From IMG/VR virus record IMGVR_UViG_3300032213_000610, positions 1 through 64,000 of that record: DNA of 64,000 nt. The stretch is one strand, 5' to 3'. Made by a program: the position numbers and the translations under genes. The notes beneath the pieces were generated by a model that was given only the letters and a program-made list of their open reading frames with translations, did no database searches and was not told the origin of the DNA. Source of the DNA: a virus. Lineage: Duplodnaviria; Heunggongvirae; Uroviricota; Caudoviricetes. Shown here piece by piece: positions 1 through 9,561 of the stretch. The first letter of the stretch is position 1. The number at the start of each line of letters is the position of its first letter.

Positions 1-809
1 ATTTCTTTCTCTGTAGATTTACTGTGATAGGAAGGAATACCAAGTGTATCAGCTATTTTAGTAACACCACAAAATACCAAGATTCTATCTTGCTTATGTT
101 TAGCTAAGATTTCTCTTGTCTTCTCCATTTTAGCCACACTGTTCTGTATGATTCTCATTCTAGCTAGACGTAGGAACATTGTTGCTTTTCCTTGTCTTTC
201 TAGCTGATCAATCACCCAAGCATAGCTATCAAATTGTTTCTTCTCTGTACGCTTCTTCCCTTTATAATCGTTAATACGCTTATCATCCAAAGGAACCTTT
301 ATTACAGTGATTTCATAGTCTGTAATAACTCCTTCTGCAATAGCTTGTTCTATTGGATAGGTAGCTAATACATTCATTCCAAGCTCCTCATTGAGAGTCC
401 TTTCTGTAAAGCTAGATAATGTTCCTGTAAGACCAAGCACACTTATGCATTTTAGCTCCTTTACAGCCTCTATTTGTGCTTCTGACAGCAAATGTATCTC
501 ATCTAGTATTACTAGGTCAAATACACCTCCTGTGTGCTTTTTAATAGATAGGTGCGTAGTGTACGTTATATTGGGATTCTTGTATTTTCTAGTCTTGAAA
601 TCAGCTTCCCAAGCCTCCTTAATCTTAAGATCTGGATAGGCTATCAGGATGTTGATATCTTTGTCTAGTTTCTCTAATATGTTGATAGTTGTATAGATCT
701 TCCCAAATCTAGGACATAAGTTTAGAATACCAAACTCTCCATGTTTTAGGAACACCTCAGCAAACTCTTGTTGCCTCTTATCTCGTAGAGAGATTTCCTT
801 TTTTGCCAT
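1..809 (-). CDS. SF2 (DEAD/DEAH-like) helicase, 3'-truncated by window start
   Basis: Manual reverse translation from ATG (complement of 807-809) gives MAKKEISLRDKRQQEF…NLCPRFGKIYT (Walker A-like), LVILDEIHLLS (motif II DEIH), LGLTGTL (motif III). The ORF runs off the window start, so it is not in the ORF track. Confidence 0.65.
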   Translation of the reverse strand, partial: MAKKEISLRDKRQQEFAEVFLKHGEFGILNLCPRFGKIYTTINILEKLDKDINILIAYPDLKIKEAWEADFKTRKYKNPNITYTTHLSIKKHTGGVFDLVILDEIHLLSEAQIEAVKELKCISVLGLTGTLSSFTERTLNEELGMNVLATYPIEQAIAEGVITDYEITVIKVPLDDKRINDYKGKKRTEKKQFDSYAWVIDQLERQGKATMFLRLARMRIIQNSVAKMEKTREILAKHKQDRILVFCGVTKIADTLGIPSYHSKSTEKE

Positions 810-980
810 AGCTTAATATTGTAGTAAATGACCAAAATAACCATTCAAAATTGACAGCCACGTATGGATCATATTTTTGTATGTTGTTCATAATACTAAC
901 TGTAGGCAATACTACAATCTGCCACCAATGATCTTTTTTACTTGGTAGCGTGTTATATACGTTTGTTTTTATACTCATGT

Positions 981-2045
981 TTATTTGTTTAGGAAAAATG
1001 ATTTATTCACGACTGCTGTATAGTCCGCTTCTGTAATGTCTTTCACTCTAGGCAGTTCTTTGAACATACCAATGCTTCCTAAGAAGCCTAAGCCTATTCT
1101 AACATCATCTTCACCATAGCTATTCTTAATTAGCCTGAGAGATCTAAAATACTTGGCACCATAGTTATCCTTCAGTTTATCTAATTCATAGCCTGATGGA
1201 TCAGCCACTTTATATCTCATTGGGTCAAACAATCCTAGTACAACATCAGCATCATTCTGCGTGCTTGAACTCTCTGCAAAGTCTTCTAGTTGTGGTTCTA
1301 CATCACCACTCTTTAATCTTGCCATGTTAGAAATAGATCTATTGAACTGACTAACAACAACAGGACTATATCCATAGAAGTCTCTAGCATATCTGAGCTC
1401 ATCACTCATCTTATCAATAGCATCTTTCTTTGTAGGCTGGGCTTGTGTAGTTTTTAATAAGCCTATATGATCGATAACAACCATAGTGATTTCATTCTCA
1501 TTTGTGGGAACATACTTCTTATTGTATTCATCCACCTGCTCAATGGTTCCATTCTGTAAAGCATGTGCTTTTAGTTCTTTAGCAATACCAACAGCATTCT
1601 CTGGACCATCAATGATTGTAATCACTTCGCTCATCTCTCCTATATAGTCTTCATACATTAGAAATAGATCATGTTCATCTTTGGTCATTTTATCATTCCA
1701 GCCCAACAGTTTGTTAACTGTGATAGTCACACCATGATCGATGAATATTCTTCTACCTACCCATTTAGCCATCTTATAGGTTCTGCTTCTCTCCATGGAT
1801 CTGTATATAATCCTTAGCTTGATGTTTGTTTTATTCTCTTTGCTTATATACCAATCAAATGGATTAAGCACGTACGCATCATCAATAAAGCTAGTTTTAC
1901 CAGAACCAGTGAGACCACCTATAAGCGTATATATGGACTTTCTAATACCAATATATCTATTAAGTCTATCAAACCCCATAGGTATACCACCATTCCTACC
2001 CTCTAAGCCTGCCTGTACCTGTTTTTTTAAGTCTTCAAAACTCAT
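981..2045 (-). CDS. DnaB-family / RecA-fold replicative helicase ATPase
   Basis: 354 aa. Walker A GGLTGSGKTSF, Walker B-like MVVIDHIGLL. DnaB C-terminal-domain-like layout. Sits beside the polymerase and helicase in the replication block. Confidence 0.65.
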   Translation of the reverse strand: MSFEDLKKQVQAGLEGRNGGIPMGFDRLNRYIGIRKSIYTLIGGLTGSGKTSFIDDAYVLNPFDWYISKENKTNIKLRIIYRSMERSRTYKMAKWVGRRIFIDHGVTITVNKLLGWNDKMTKDEHDLFLMYEDYIGEMSEVITIIDGPENAVGIAKELKAHALQNGTIEQVDEYNKKYVPTNENEITMVVIDHIGLLKTTQAQPTKKDAIDKMSDELRYARDFYGYSPVVVSQFNRSISNMARLKSGDVEPQLEDFAESSSTQNDADVVLGLFDPMRYKVADPSGYELDKLKDNYGAKYFRSLRLIKNSYGEDDVRIGLGFLGSIGMFKELPRVKDITEADYTAVVNKSFFLNK

Positions 2046-2281
2046 AATAGTTCTATTTCTTTTTTAACATCTTCCCAATACTTATAGGGTATTACTGCTA
2101 CTATATTTGATGGTAACTCATATCTAACAACATCCATAATATCATCGTGATATTTAATTAGTTCATCTACTGCTATTAATGCACATTGTTTAGCTACATA
2201 ATATGTATAATGATGATATTCATCACCATTATTTGTAGACATTTTATCAAATAATTCTTCTGCCTTATGTTTTGGTGTCAT
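2042..2281 (-). CDS. hypothetical protein (79 aa)
   Basis: ORF tightly packed (4-nt overlap with the upstream gene). No recognisable motif. Confidence 0.4.
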   Translation of the reverse strand: MTPKHKAEELFDKMSTNNGDEYHHYTYYVAKQCALIAVDELIKYHDDIMDVVRYELPSNIVAVIPYKYWEDVKKEIELL

Positions 2282-2387
2282 ATTAATAAATAAATAAAGT
2301 GTATAAAATAATTAGACTAATAATAAAATATAACGCCTCGTTAATTAAATCAATTATTACCATTGCTTTTTCTTTAGGTGTCATAGA

Positions 2388-2573
2388 TTACTTTTTTTCA
2401 TATTCTTCTTTTGCTATAAAACTAACATGTTCTTCGCAATCTTCACACCATGCATTATCTCTGTCCTCTATACAGTCAGCTGCAAACTCACCAGAGTTTA
2501 CATACTGCCAAACTTTAATTTGAATAGAATCTGCTGATCCACATTCTTTACATACCAAAATTTCATTTTTCAT
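2388..2573 (-). CDS. small zinc-ribbon-like protein (61 aa)
   Basis: Cys pairs CKECGS … CEDCEEH suggest a 4-Cys Zn ribbon. Overlaps the start of the next gene by 4 nt. Confidence 0.45.
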   Translation of the reverse strand: MKNEILVCKECGSADSIQIKVWQYVNSGEFAADCIEDRDNAWCEDCEEHVSFIAKEEYEKK

Positions 2574-3193
2574 ATATCTGTGCTTCCATTTGTAGGTGCT
2601 TTATCTTCCACAACATAGCCCTCTTTTAATAGGTCTATAAAGGGTTCAAAAGAACGCTGGTTTAAATAAGTGAGACTATTCTGCATGTATGTTAGCTTAT
2701 TAGTCCCTGTCTTTACAGAATTCTCTTTCTTTTGTAACACATCTAGATTCAATGAATCTATTAGGTCTTTTGCTGTATATTCTCCTTCCTCTAATATCTT
2801 ATCAAATTTCAACTGACAGTCTTCCTTGGTTTTTCTTAACGTTCTATCACCTGAGAACTTCTTCCCTTTGTGCGTAAAGTTGTCTGTACCTGGAAAAGCT
2901 TTCCACCACTCTTCAAACTCTGATGTGATGTCCACCTTCTTTTGTATCCTGACAGTTGGTTCTTTGATGTTAATAAATTTTAGAAGCTCTTTACCTGTGA
3001 GCGTTAGTCCCTTTTCTGTTATTAATCCTTTCCTAACTAACGTCTGATAAAGAGCTTCTATCTTAATGTTATCATCTCTCAATGCACGAACATCATAATT
3101 CTCCTCTATAAGCTTTAATAGGAATACAACATCTAAGCTGTATCCTTTTTTGAGTAGTTCCTCAAAATGGAAGTACGTTATGTCTAACTTCAT
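2570..3193 (-). CDS. hypothetical protein (207 aa)
   Basis: Long ORF in the minus-strand operon. No conserved motif recognised. Confidence 0.5.
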   Translation of the reverse strand: MKLDITYFHFEELLKKGYSLDVVFLLKLIEENYDVRALRDDNIKIEALYQTLVRKGLITEKGLTLTGKELLKFINIKEPTVRIQKKVDITSEFEEWWKAFPGTDNFTHKGKKFSGDRTLRKTKEDCQLKFDKILEEGEYTAKDLIDSLNLDVLQKKENSVKTGTNKLTYMQNSLTYLNQRSFEPFIDLLKEGYVVEDKAPTNGSTDI

Positions 3194-3443
3194 CTCTCTC
3201 TAAGATTTTATCTGTATCCACAATAAATATAGCTGCGGGCTCCCTAAACTTATTTAACTCCTTCTGGATTTGTTTATCAAGCTCATAGCTCTCTTCTTGC
3301 AAATATACTAAATCTTTAAGAAATTCTCTCTCGAAATCTTCGTTAATTTTCAAGGTTTGGTCTCTCATTTTTAAAGTCTTGATTGTTCCAAAAGAATGGG
3401 CATGCTGTTGTGACAACACCAAGATTATCAAGGTTTTCGTCAA
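3162..3443 (-). CDS. hypothetical protein (93 aa; true start possibly the internal Met near 3368)
   Basis: ORF in the minus-strand early block. Its first 100 nt overlap the upstream ORF in another frame. Confidence 0.35.
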   Translation of the reverse strand: MTKTLIILVLSQQHAHSFGTIKTLKMRDQTLKINEDFEREFLKDLVYLQEESYELDKQIQKELNKFREPAAIFIVDTDKILERDEVRHNVLPF

Positions 3444-3570
3444 ACATAAAACTCATTTTAAATGGAGGGTCTTGAAAATAAGATTGTCCTAATTCTTCTT
3501 TAGGACAAGTGTATCTGTGGCAGTTTAATCTTAATAGACAACTACCACCATTGCATGCTGATATATCCAT
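3343..3570 (-). CDS. Cys-rich hypothetical protein (75 aa)
   Basis: CNGGSC…CHRYTC motif. Small ORF in the operon. Confidence 0.35.
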   Translation of the reverse strand: MDISACNGGSCLLRLNCHRYTCPKEELGQSYFQDPPFKMSFMFDENLDNLGVVTTACPFFWNNQDFKNERPNLEN

Positions 3571-3573
3571 AGT

Positions 3574-4290
3574 TTATAATTTAAATATATTACCAAATGA
3601 TGTTAATCCATAAGCAAACTTTCCATCTTCTACGCATGATGCATTAGAAAACTTTGTGTTTGGTAGCCTATGGTAAGTGCTAACTCCCTGATTTTCAATA
3701 TCCTTAAAGTTATGTATGTGTCCAAATAGCACTAGCTTTGGTTTCACTCTCATCACAGCTGTTGCAAGAGCTTTATCACCACACATTTCAAGTTTGTTTT
3801 CTCTATTGTATGTAAGATCACGTACACCTTTAGGTGGTCCATGTACAACTAATATATCTGTATCATCTGGAATAGTATCCCATACAAAATGTGTTTTGTC
3901 TCTAGCCTTCATAAAAGACCATTCACCAAACGTTGGTGTGATAGGGCTTCCCCATATCTTCAGACCTTCTATCTCAATAGATTCATTCTCTAAGTAGATG
4001 ATATCTTTTAATATCATATCAGAATATTCTATTTGTTTTCTATCAATAGCTGTATCATGGTTACCTGCTACAAATATCTTATACTTGACAGGCACCTTTT
4101 CATACCATTCTAAAAACTCTGTTATCTCTCTTTTAGAAGATGCTAAGAATGGACTATTAGAGCAATCACCACTATGTATCACCATATCTATTCCTTCAAA
4201 TCTTTTTTCAGGGAATTGATCATGCATACAATGGGTATCACTGATGTGTAATATGTTCATATGTATTGTTTTATTCTGCAGCCCAACCAA
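3574..4290 (-). CDS. calcineurin-like metallophosphoesterase
   Basis: Motifs in canonical order: ILHISDTHC (DxH), HSGDCSNS (GDxxD), FVAGNHD (GNHD/E), VVHGPP, FGHIHNF (GHxH). Confidence 0.85.
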   Translation of the reverse strand: MVGLQNKTIHMNILHISDTHCMHDQFPEKRFEGIDMVIHSGDCSNSPFLASSKREITEFLEWYEKVPVKYKIFVAGNHDTAIDRKQIEYSDMILKDIIYLENESIEIEGLKIWGSPITPTFGEWSFMKARDKTHFVWDTIPDDTDILVVHGPPKGVRDLTYNRENKLEMCGDKALATAVMRVKPKLVLFGHIHNFKDIENQGVSTYHRLPNTKFSNASCVEDGKFAYGLTSFGNIFKL

Positions 4291-4873
4291 AGAACATCCA
4301 TTTACCTGGTTTTTCTGTTGGTGCTTTCTTGTATGTAATCTTAGCTACTGTTCTATTACCTTTCTCAAGGCTCTTCTCCATACATATATTTGTAGGAGTT
4401 GTAGTTTTCTCTGTATAAGCTCTAGCTTTAGTAACAGCTTCACCTTTTGTATTACAAGAAGCTATCATTCTATCATTATGTGAATCGTACACTACATATT
4501 TAAGAACCCATTTCTTTGTACCAGGTGTAAATATATGCTCCACTTGAGACTTGGTTTTGTTCTTATTTCCAACAGGCTCCTGTAAGCAAATCGAACAACA
4601 GTCTCTTTTATTTAACATTTCCACCTTAGAACGTACAAATGGTTCTAAGTCTAGTTTACTTCTCTTATACTCCTCTGTAATGTCTCTAACACTATGTGTA
4701 GTGCTGATTGTACCATTATATCCTTCTTGATGTCCATACTCAACTTCTGCTTCTTCACAAGCACTCTTGTATGCATCGTCTAATGTTTTACCATATCCCG
4801 TTTGTTGAAACCAACTTGCTCCCATAATTTTAGTTTTTAATACGTAATCCAAATTGTAAATCAAAAAAGTCAA
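4271..4873 (-). CDS. hypothetical protein (200 aa)
   Basis: ORF with codon usage consistent with its neighbours. No motif recognised. Confidence 0.5.
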   Translation of the reverse strand: MTFLIYNLDYVLKTKIMGASWFQQTGYGKTLDDAYKSACEEAEVEYGHQEGYNGTISTTHSVRDITEEYKRSKLDLEPFVRSKVEMLNKRDCCSICLQEPVGNKNKTKSQVEHIFTPGTKKWVLKYVVYDSHNDRMIASCNTKGEAVTKARAYTEKTTTPTNICMEKSLEKGNRTVAKITYKKAPTEKPGKWMFFGWAAE

Positions 4874-5081
4874 ATGTGCTTTCAGCTCTTGACTTATTAC
4901 ATTTAAACACTTTCTTTAATAGTGGTAATGCATAAGCTTTGAATGCATCATGTTGCTCTTGTGTCATGGTCCATTTGTCGTACCATTCTCTTGTCATATG
5001 TGCTTCTTGTATTGATTTACCAATCATATCTAATTGATAATCAAGCAAATGCTCTGAAATATTTTCTCTATTAATCTTCAT
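4830..5081 (-). CDS. hypothetical protein (83 aa)
   Basis: Small ORF overlapping the upstream gene by about 44 nt. Confidence 0.35.
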   Translation of the reverse strand: MKINRENISEHLLDYQLDMIGKSIQEAHMTREWYDKWTMTQEQHDAFKAYALPLLKKVFKCNKSRAESTFDFFDLQFGLRIKN

Positions 5082-5256
5082 TAGATTCTCTTTATTATGT
5101 AATCGTTGAACTTGTCTAGATCAAACTTACTATCAATCTCTTTAAAAAATCTTATATAAGCCCAGTAGTAATCTGATGCTGAAGGATATGTATATCCATT
5201 CTTTTTGCAGTCTTCTATTACTAAGTCTGCTGCAATTTTAAATTGTGATTTTCCCA

Positions 5257-7251
5257 TTAGAATAAACTTAATTGGTTCTTGTCAATATTAACTTTTCTTC
5301 TCTTACCCTCAAACTGTATCTTATGTATAATACGTTCAGCACGTTCTATGTAATAAGCATAATTGATGTTATCAAGAGGATGATCTGGTGGTAGATAATT
5401 ACATACATGCATCACCCATTCACCTGCTTCCACCTGACTAACATCAGCAGCATTAGTTGTACAATCAGGGTTCTTCACCTTTAACAGCTTTTCACCCTTA
5501 TTAGACACATAATATCTGATTAACTTATTGTACACTGTTTTTTTACCATTGGCTACTCCTTCATAATGGAAATCTTTGCTCGCTTTCTGCCTGAGACAAA
5601 AATCATATATGTTTGTATGATTATGAATGGTATCAGCCACAGGGATATCATTAACAAAATAACGCTCGAGAGCAATAGGTACAATCCTAGCTGACTTATT
5701 CTTGTGAAGCTCAAAGTCAGTGAGGAAATCACCTTTCTTTTTAATTTCTCCATTGGTTTTAATTGCTAAATAGTCATTTACTGTAGAGAATATAATCTTC
5801 TGATAATCAGTACGCTCTAATTCATACTGAGTTACATCCATCCACCACTTATTAATAGCAGTCATAGTATCAAAACTTGCATTTTTTACAAGTATTGTCA
5901 CTCCGTCTGTATTAGCAGATATTACATTAATGCCAGCTAGTTCATATGCCTCAATAAGCATTAGTAAGCTTAGCTCACCTGTAATAGTGGTGAACATAGT
6001 TAGTTGTCTATCATAGAGCCAGGATAGCATATCAGAGCTTTTACCATACACAGAGTTAACTGCAAGCTTCAATGCTCCAACAATACCTGCTATCTTCTTA
6101 TCCTTCTTAGCCAAGGGTTTAAGTTCTAGTCTCTTCTCAAACATCTGTTTGTATCCTCTAAGAAACTCTTTACCCAAATGCTGCGGATATTTACCATTGT
6201 TAATGATGATAGCTGGATAGTAAGAACTAACGTCCCAATCTATAATGAGTGTATCATCATCAGCTTCAAATATCTTGGGCTTATTCTCTGTGTGTAGCCC
6301 ACCCTTGGCAAATGTATAAGTGTTATCCTTAAACACTAATGACTCTTTAAAATCATCAGTGAGTGTGAATATCTGCTTTCTTACATGCTTTAGGAAGTCT
6401 TTTAGCTCTGGTGTCTGGAAATCCACATAATGAGCAATACAATCTTTGGCTCTCACTTGCTTTCTGAAATATCCCTTCTTTGGTAAATCACCATAGGACA
6501 TATTCTTTTCTTGGCAGTAATACTTCTTAATCATCTCATCACCTATCTTACTGTCAGAATAGTTTAAGCAAGGAATACCAAACTCGTTGTATATATCCTG
6601 TCTGAGCTCTATTTGGTTATTGCCCTTGTATAAAGGATGGTCTGTTTGACCAGTGGTAACTAAATAGAATTCATATGTGGCATATATATCATTACGACAA
6701 TAGTCAATAGTGAGCTGTATTTCCTCATCTGTCATATCAGTTTTAGTATGATGGATAGGCATTTCTTCAATGTTTGGAAGATCCATCTCAAACTCCAACC
6801 TCTTCAAGCTAACTCTACGATTCTTATTATCATAGTGATTCACTCTGAATAGGTCTATTTGTTTGAGTGTGAGCCATTCTTCTCTATACTCAGGAAATAC
6901 ATCATAGTTAGCATCATGTATTACATCAGCAGCTTTCTGTGCTATTTTAGCACACACTTCTAATGCACTTAAATCATACCAATCACCATGATTGCGTAAC
7001 ACCCACTCAACCACCTGACTATCGAAGCGTAGATTGTTATATCCCACCCAATAGTAATCAGCGTGCTCCTCTGTAAACCTGTGAAATGCATCTAATTGGT
7101 TAAAGTTTCTACTCACCTGGAATTCATACCACTGCTGTGTATCAGGATTGTATATACCTATTAGAAACAGCTCTTGCATGGTTTCTATGTCATGAACTAG
7201 TATTTTCATTATTCTCTTTTTGTTGCTCGTTAAACTTCTTCTGCTCATCAA
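5257..7251 (-). CDS. family B DNA polymerase with N-terminal 3'-5' exonuclease (664 aa; alternative start at Met-15, about 7209)
   Basis: Exo I ILVHDIET. Exo III-like YCRNDIYATYEFY. PolB motif A DWDVSSYYPAII (cf. DxxSLYPS). Motif B KLAVNSVYGK (KxxxNSxYG). Motif C region ISANTDGVTI. KxY-like KKKGDF. Confidence 0.8.
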   Translation of the reverse strand: MMSRRSLTSNKKRIMKILVHDIETMQELFLIGIYNPDTQQWYEFQVSRNFNQLDAFHRFTEEHADYYWVGYNNLRFDSQVVEWVLRNHGDWYDLSALEVCAKIAQKAADVIHDANYDVFPEYREEWLTLKQIDLFRVNHYDNKNRRVSLKRLEFEMDLPNIEEMPIHHTKTDMTDEEIQLTIDYCRNDIYATYEFYLVTTGQTDHPLYKGNNQIELRQDIYNEFGIPCLNYSDSKIGDEMIKKYYCQEKNMSYGDLPKKGYFRKQVRAKDCIAHYVDFQTPELKDFLKHVRKQIFTLTDDFKESLVFKDNTYTFAKGGLHTENKPKIFEADDDTLIIDWDVSSYYPAIIINNGKYPQHLGKEFLRGYKQMFEKRLELKPLAKKDKKIAGIVGALKLAVNSVYGKSSDMLSWLYDRQLTMFTTITGELSLLMLIEAYELAGINVISANTDGVTILVKNASFDTMTAINKWWMDVTQYELERTDYQKIIFSTVNDYLAIKTNGEIKKKGDFLTDFELHKNKSARIVPIALERYFVNDIPVADTIHNHTNIYDFCLRQKASKDFHYEGVANGKKTVYNKLIRYYVSNKGEKLLKVKNPDCTTNAADVSQVEAGEWVMHVCNYLPPDHPLDNINYAYYIERAERIIHKIQFEGKRRKVNIDKNQLSLF

Positions 7252-7345
7252 TCAAATGCACCCAAATTATTGATATAATTGCTGCAAATGCAAAAGATAT
7301 TGCAGAAGCTACTAAAAATGATTCCATATTATTATTGTTACTATG

Positions 7346-7549
7346 TTAAAATACTATTGAAGGTGTAACAAATCCAAATGAAATAGGTCTAGGCATCTCA
7401 TAAATATCAATATCTTTGTAATTGTCCATGTATGTACTAGGACACTCCTCAAAGTCATTAATAATGTCTTGTCTTGTGCCAAATGCCCATAAGTCTTGTC
7501 CTTTATATACTACCATGTATATTTTTTCTTCTTGTTTCTTTGATTTCAT
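7346..7549 (-). CDS. hypothetical early protein (67 aa)
   Basis: ORF in a tightly packed minus-strand array. Confidence 0.4.
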   Translation of the reverse strand: MKSKKQEEKIYMVVYKGQDLWAFGTRQDIINDFEECPSTYMDNYKDIDIYEMPRPISFGFVTPSIVF

Positions 7550-7550
7550 A

Positions 7551-7748
7551 TTAATCCTTTTTAAATAGTTCTACAATCTTTTGAAATACACCCATTACAA
7601 ACAATCCTATGTATGCTATAATACCAAGGGTGAAGAAAGCTATTTTCATCTTCCGTTCATGTACCACAGGATTAACCTTCCTACTAGTCTTCTTAGTATC
7701 TCCCACACTATGATTGTTAATATTATTGTTTTCATTTGATTTTGTCAT
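7551..7748 (-). CDS. small membrane protein (65 aa)
   Basis: Hydrophobic helix IAFFTLGIIAYIGLFVMGVF. Confidence 0.4.
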   Translation of the reverse strand: MTKSNENNNINNHSVGDTKKTSRKVNPVVHERKMKIAFFTLGIIAYIGLFVMGVFQKIVELFKKD

Positions 7749-7977
7749 AATATTTGTTAATTACATCATGTTTCCATGTGCCTGTGTGTCCATCTTCATC
7801 AAAAGCGTACATCATAGCATCTGTTAACATTTGTTTCTCTTCATCAAATAATATATCTAAATTCTCTAATATCCATGTATCAAAATCATTCTGATTCATT
7901 ATGGATCGTTGCTTAATTATTTTACCTATAACTGTCATAACTAAATTAGTTAATGGTGTCAATAAACTCTTGACCAC
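7732..7977 (-). CDS. hypothetical early protein (81 aa)
   Basis: ORF in the array, small overlaps with neighbours. Confidence 0.4.
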   Translation of the reverse strand: MVKSLLTPLTNLVMTVIGKIIKQRSIMNQNDFDTWILENLDILFDEEKQMLTDAMMYAFDEDGHTGTWKHDVINKYYDKIK

Positions 7978-8134
7978 GACTAATCAAATCAATTAGAACA
8001 TGTATTTCTTTTGATTTTAATACACCTTCTACATCATCGTTAGTCCAATAGTCTAAATATTTTGCTCTTGGTATTGCATGCCATAAACCTTGGTAATGGT
8101 TAAAATGGAATAGGTAGTCATATAGTGGATCCAT
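7946..8134 (-). CDS. hypothetical early protein (62 aa)
   Basis: ORF in the array. Confidence 0.35.
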   Translation of the reverse strand: MDPLYDYLFHFNHYQGLWHAIPRAKYLDYWTNDDVEGVLKSKEIHVLIDLISRGQEFIDTIN

Positions 8135-8136
8135 GG

Positions 8137-8325
8137 CTATTGTTTTTTTATCTTTTCAACTTCACTGTCTGCTAATTCAAATGCTGATATAAGTAGGTCT
8201 CTAAACTGATTACCTTCCTCTGATAGTAATACAGAAGCTAAGCCTGCTATTAATGCTGTGTTTTCTCCTTCAACATCAAGTGTAACCTTGGTGTCTGTAA
8301 CGTTTATTAGTATTTTACCTTCCAT
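8137..8325 (-). CDS. hypothetical early protein (62 aa)
   Basis: ORF in the array. Confidence 0.35.
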   Translation of the reverse strand: MEGKILINVTDTKVTLDVEGENTALIAGLASVLLSEEGNQFRDLLISAFELADSEVEKIKKQ

Positions 8326-8334
8326 ATTATTTAT

Positions 8335-8571
8335 TTATTCTGTTTCGTTAAATGCTTTTATTACCTCTGGATTTGTGCTTAACTGGTCATAAATGTACTC
8401 ATATCTCATATTTTGGTACTTTAATGGCACAATCTCATCATATAAACTATCTGATTTTGATTGTATTGCAGACATTTCAAGCTCCATATTATTCTTTTGC
8501 TTCATTAATAAAGCCATAAGAATAACTAATACACTTATAACTCCTGATAAGGCTATGATTATATTTCTCAT
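8335..8571 (-). CDS. small membrane protein (78 aa)
   Basis: N-terminal TM helix IIIALSGVISVLVILMALLM. Confidence 0.4.
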   Translation of the reverse strand: MRNIIIALSGVISVLVILMALLMKQKNNMELEMSAIQSKSDSLYDEIVPLKYQNMRYEYIYDQLSTNPEVIKAFNETE

Positions 8572-8759
8572 AGGTTATGGGTTTCGTTGTAGTATTTTTC
8601 TGAACTAAAGTTCCAATTCCAACCACTTTCAAAAGCAGTTTTTATCTGCTCTTTTTCTTTTTCTAGAAATTGAATTTTATCTTCGTCAAAATTTGTCAAC
8701 TCGTTAATGTAATAAGCCTTTTCTAAATACTCAATAAATTCTTGCATTGCTGTTTTCAT
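8568..8759 (-). CDS. hypothetical early protein (63 aa)
   Basis: ORF, 4-nt overlap with the downstream gene. Confidence 0.35.
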   Translation of the reverse strand: MKTAMQEFIEYLEKAYYINELTNFDEDKIQFLEKEKEQIKTAFESGWNWNFSSEKYYNETHNL

Positions 8760-8762
8760 AGG

Positions 8763-8948
8763 TTATTTGTTTTGGTTGTCTATTTTTGGCTCACTTCTAA
8801 ACATATGTTCTGACAATTTATTTAACTCCTCAATAACTTCATCAGGTGTTTTATTGGTTCTACATTCAGTAGTAATAATTGCCAATGCTGCCATTAATAA
8901 TCTACCCTCATTAATTGAGTAATTAATTTCATTTAGGTCTTGTATCAT
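8763..8948 (-). CDS. hypothetical early protein (61 aa)
   Basis: ORF in the array. Confidence 0.35.
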   Translation of the reverse strand: MIQDLNEINYSINEGRLLMAALAIITTECRTNKTPDEVIEELNKLSEHMFRSEPKIDNQNK

Positions 8949-8959
8949 AGGTTATTTGT

Positions 8960-9271
8960 TTATGCTTCAACAAGCTCTGTTTGTTTCAATAGCTCATCCA
9001 TTGAGAATGTTATATCAGAACAATCTTTAATTAATTCAATTAGTTTCTTTAATGCTTCCTCTGTAAATGCAAATCTATTGGCTAAGAAATATTCATATGG
9101 TAATTCTCTGTCTGTTAGCTCTATTTCAGCTAGCTGTACACCTAATTCCTTCTGTGGTAATACAGTGACAGTGAATATCACTGTGTATGTGTTACCCTTC
9201 TTAACCCATTTGTTTGCTGGTATTTCTTTTGGCTTACCACCGTCATTTATGCAGATTGCTTCTACGCTCAT
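8960..9271 (-). CDS. hypothetical early protein (103 aa)
   Basis: ORF. The antisense +ORF 8940..9323 is judged spurious. Confidence 0.45.
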   Translation of the reverse strand: MSVEAICINDGGKPKEIPANKWVKKGNTYTVIFTVTVLPQKELGVQLAEIELTDRELPYEYFLANRFAFTEEALKKLIELIKDCSDITFSMDELLKQTELVEA

Positions 9272-9279
9272 ATTAGTTT

Positions 9280-9327
9280 ATTTAATGTTAAAAATAAGCC
9301 CCATGTACAAAGATAGTACATAGGGCT
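9280..9327 (-). terminator. minus-strand intrinsic terminator after gene 9339..9542
   Basis: 11-12 bp stem (AGCCCcATGTAC / GTACATaGGGCT) followed on the minus strand by TTATTTTTAAC. Confidence 0.45.
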
Positions 9328-9338
9328 CATTGTTTTAC

Positions 9339-9542
9339 TTACTGCCCAACATTTTTTTTGCGTACAATCTTACCCATAAATACAAATGTATTATTCTTGG
9401 GAACAACTCTACGTTGTTTTGATGCAGCTATAATAGCATCAATAAGCTTTGTAGCATTCCAGTTTGTACTATTGGCATAATACACTGTAATGTGATTTCT
9501 TGGATGTAGTCTTGATGAATAGACTAATGTAGCGTTTGGCAT
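9339..9542 (-). CDS. hypothetical early protein (67 aa)
   Basis: ORF followed downstream (minus sense) by a hairpin-plus-T-run terminator at 9280-9327. Confidence 0.4.
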   Translation of the reverse strand: MPNATLVYSSRLHPRNHITVYYANSTNWNATKLIDAIIAASKQRRVVPKNNTFVFMGKIVRKKNVGQ

Positions 9543-9561
9543 ATGTATTGGTTTTTGGTGA

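Noticed and set aside
3343-3443. 100-nt out-of-frame overlap between ORFs 3343..3570 and 3162..3443, considered as a programmed frameshift
   Set aside because: No slippery heptamer was seen. An internal Met near 3368 gives a conventional short overlap, so two ordinary adjacent genes is the simpler reading.
8940-9323. 127-aa plus-strand ORF overlapping minus gene 8960..9271
   Set aside because: Antisense to a gene that fits the tightly packed minus-strand array. Ser/Phe-rich low-complexity translation.
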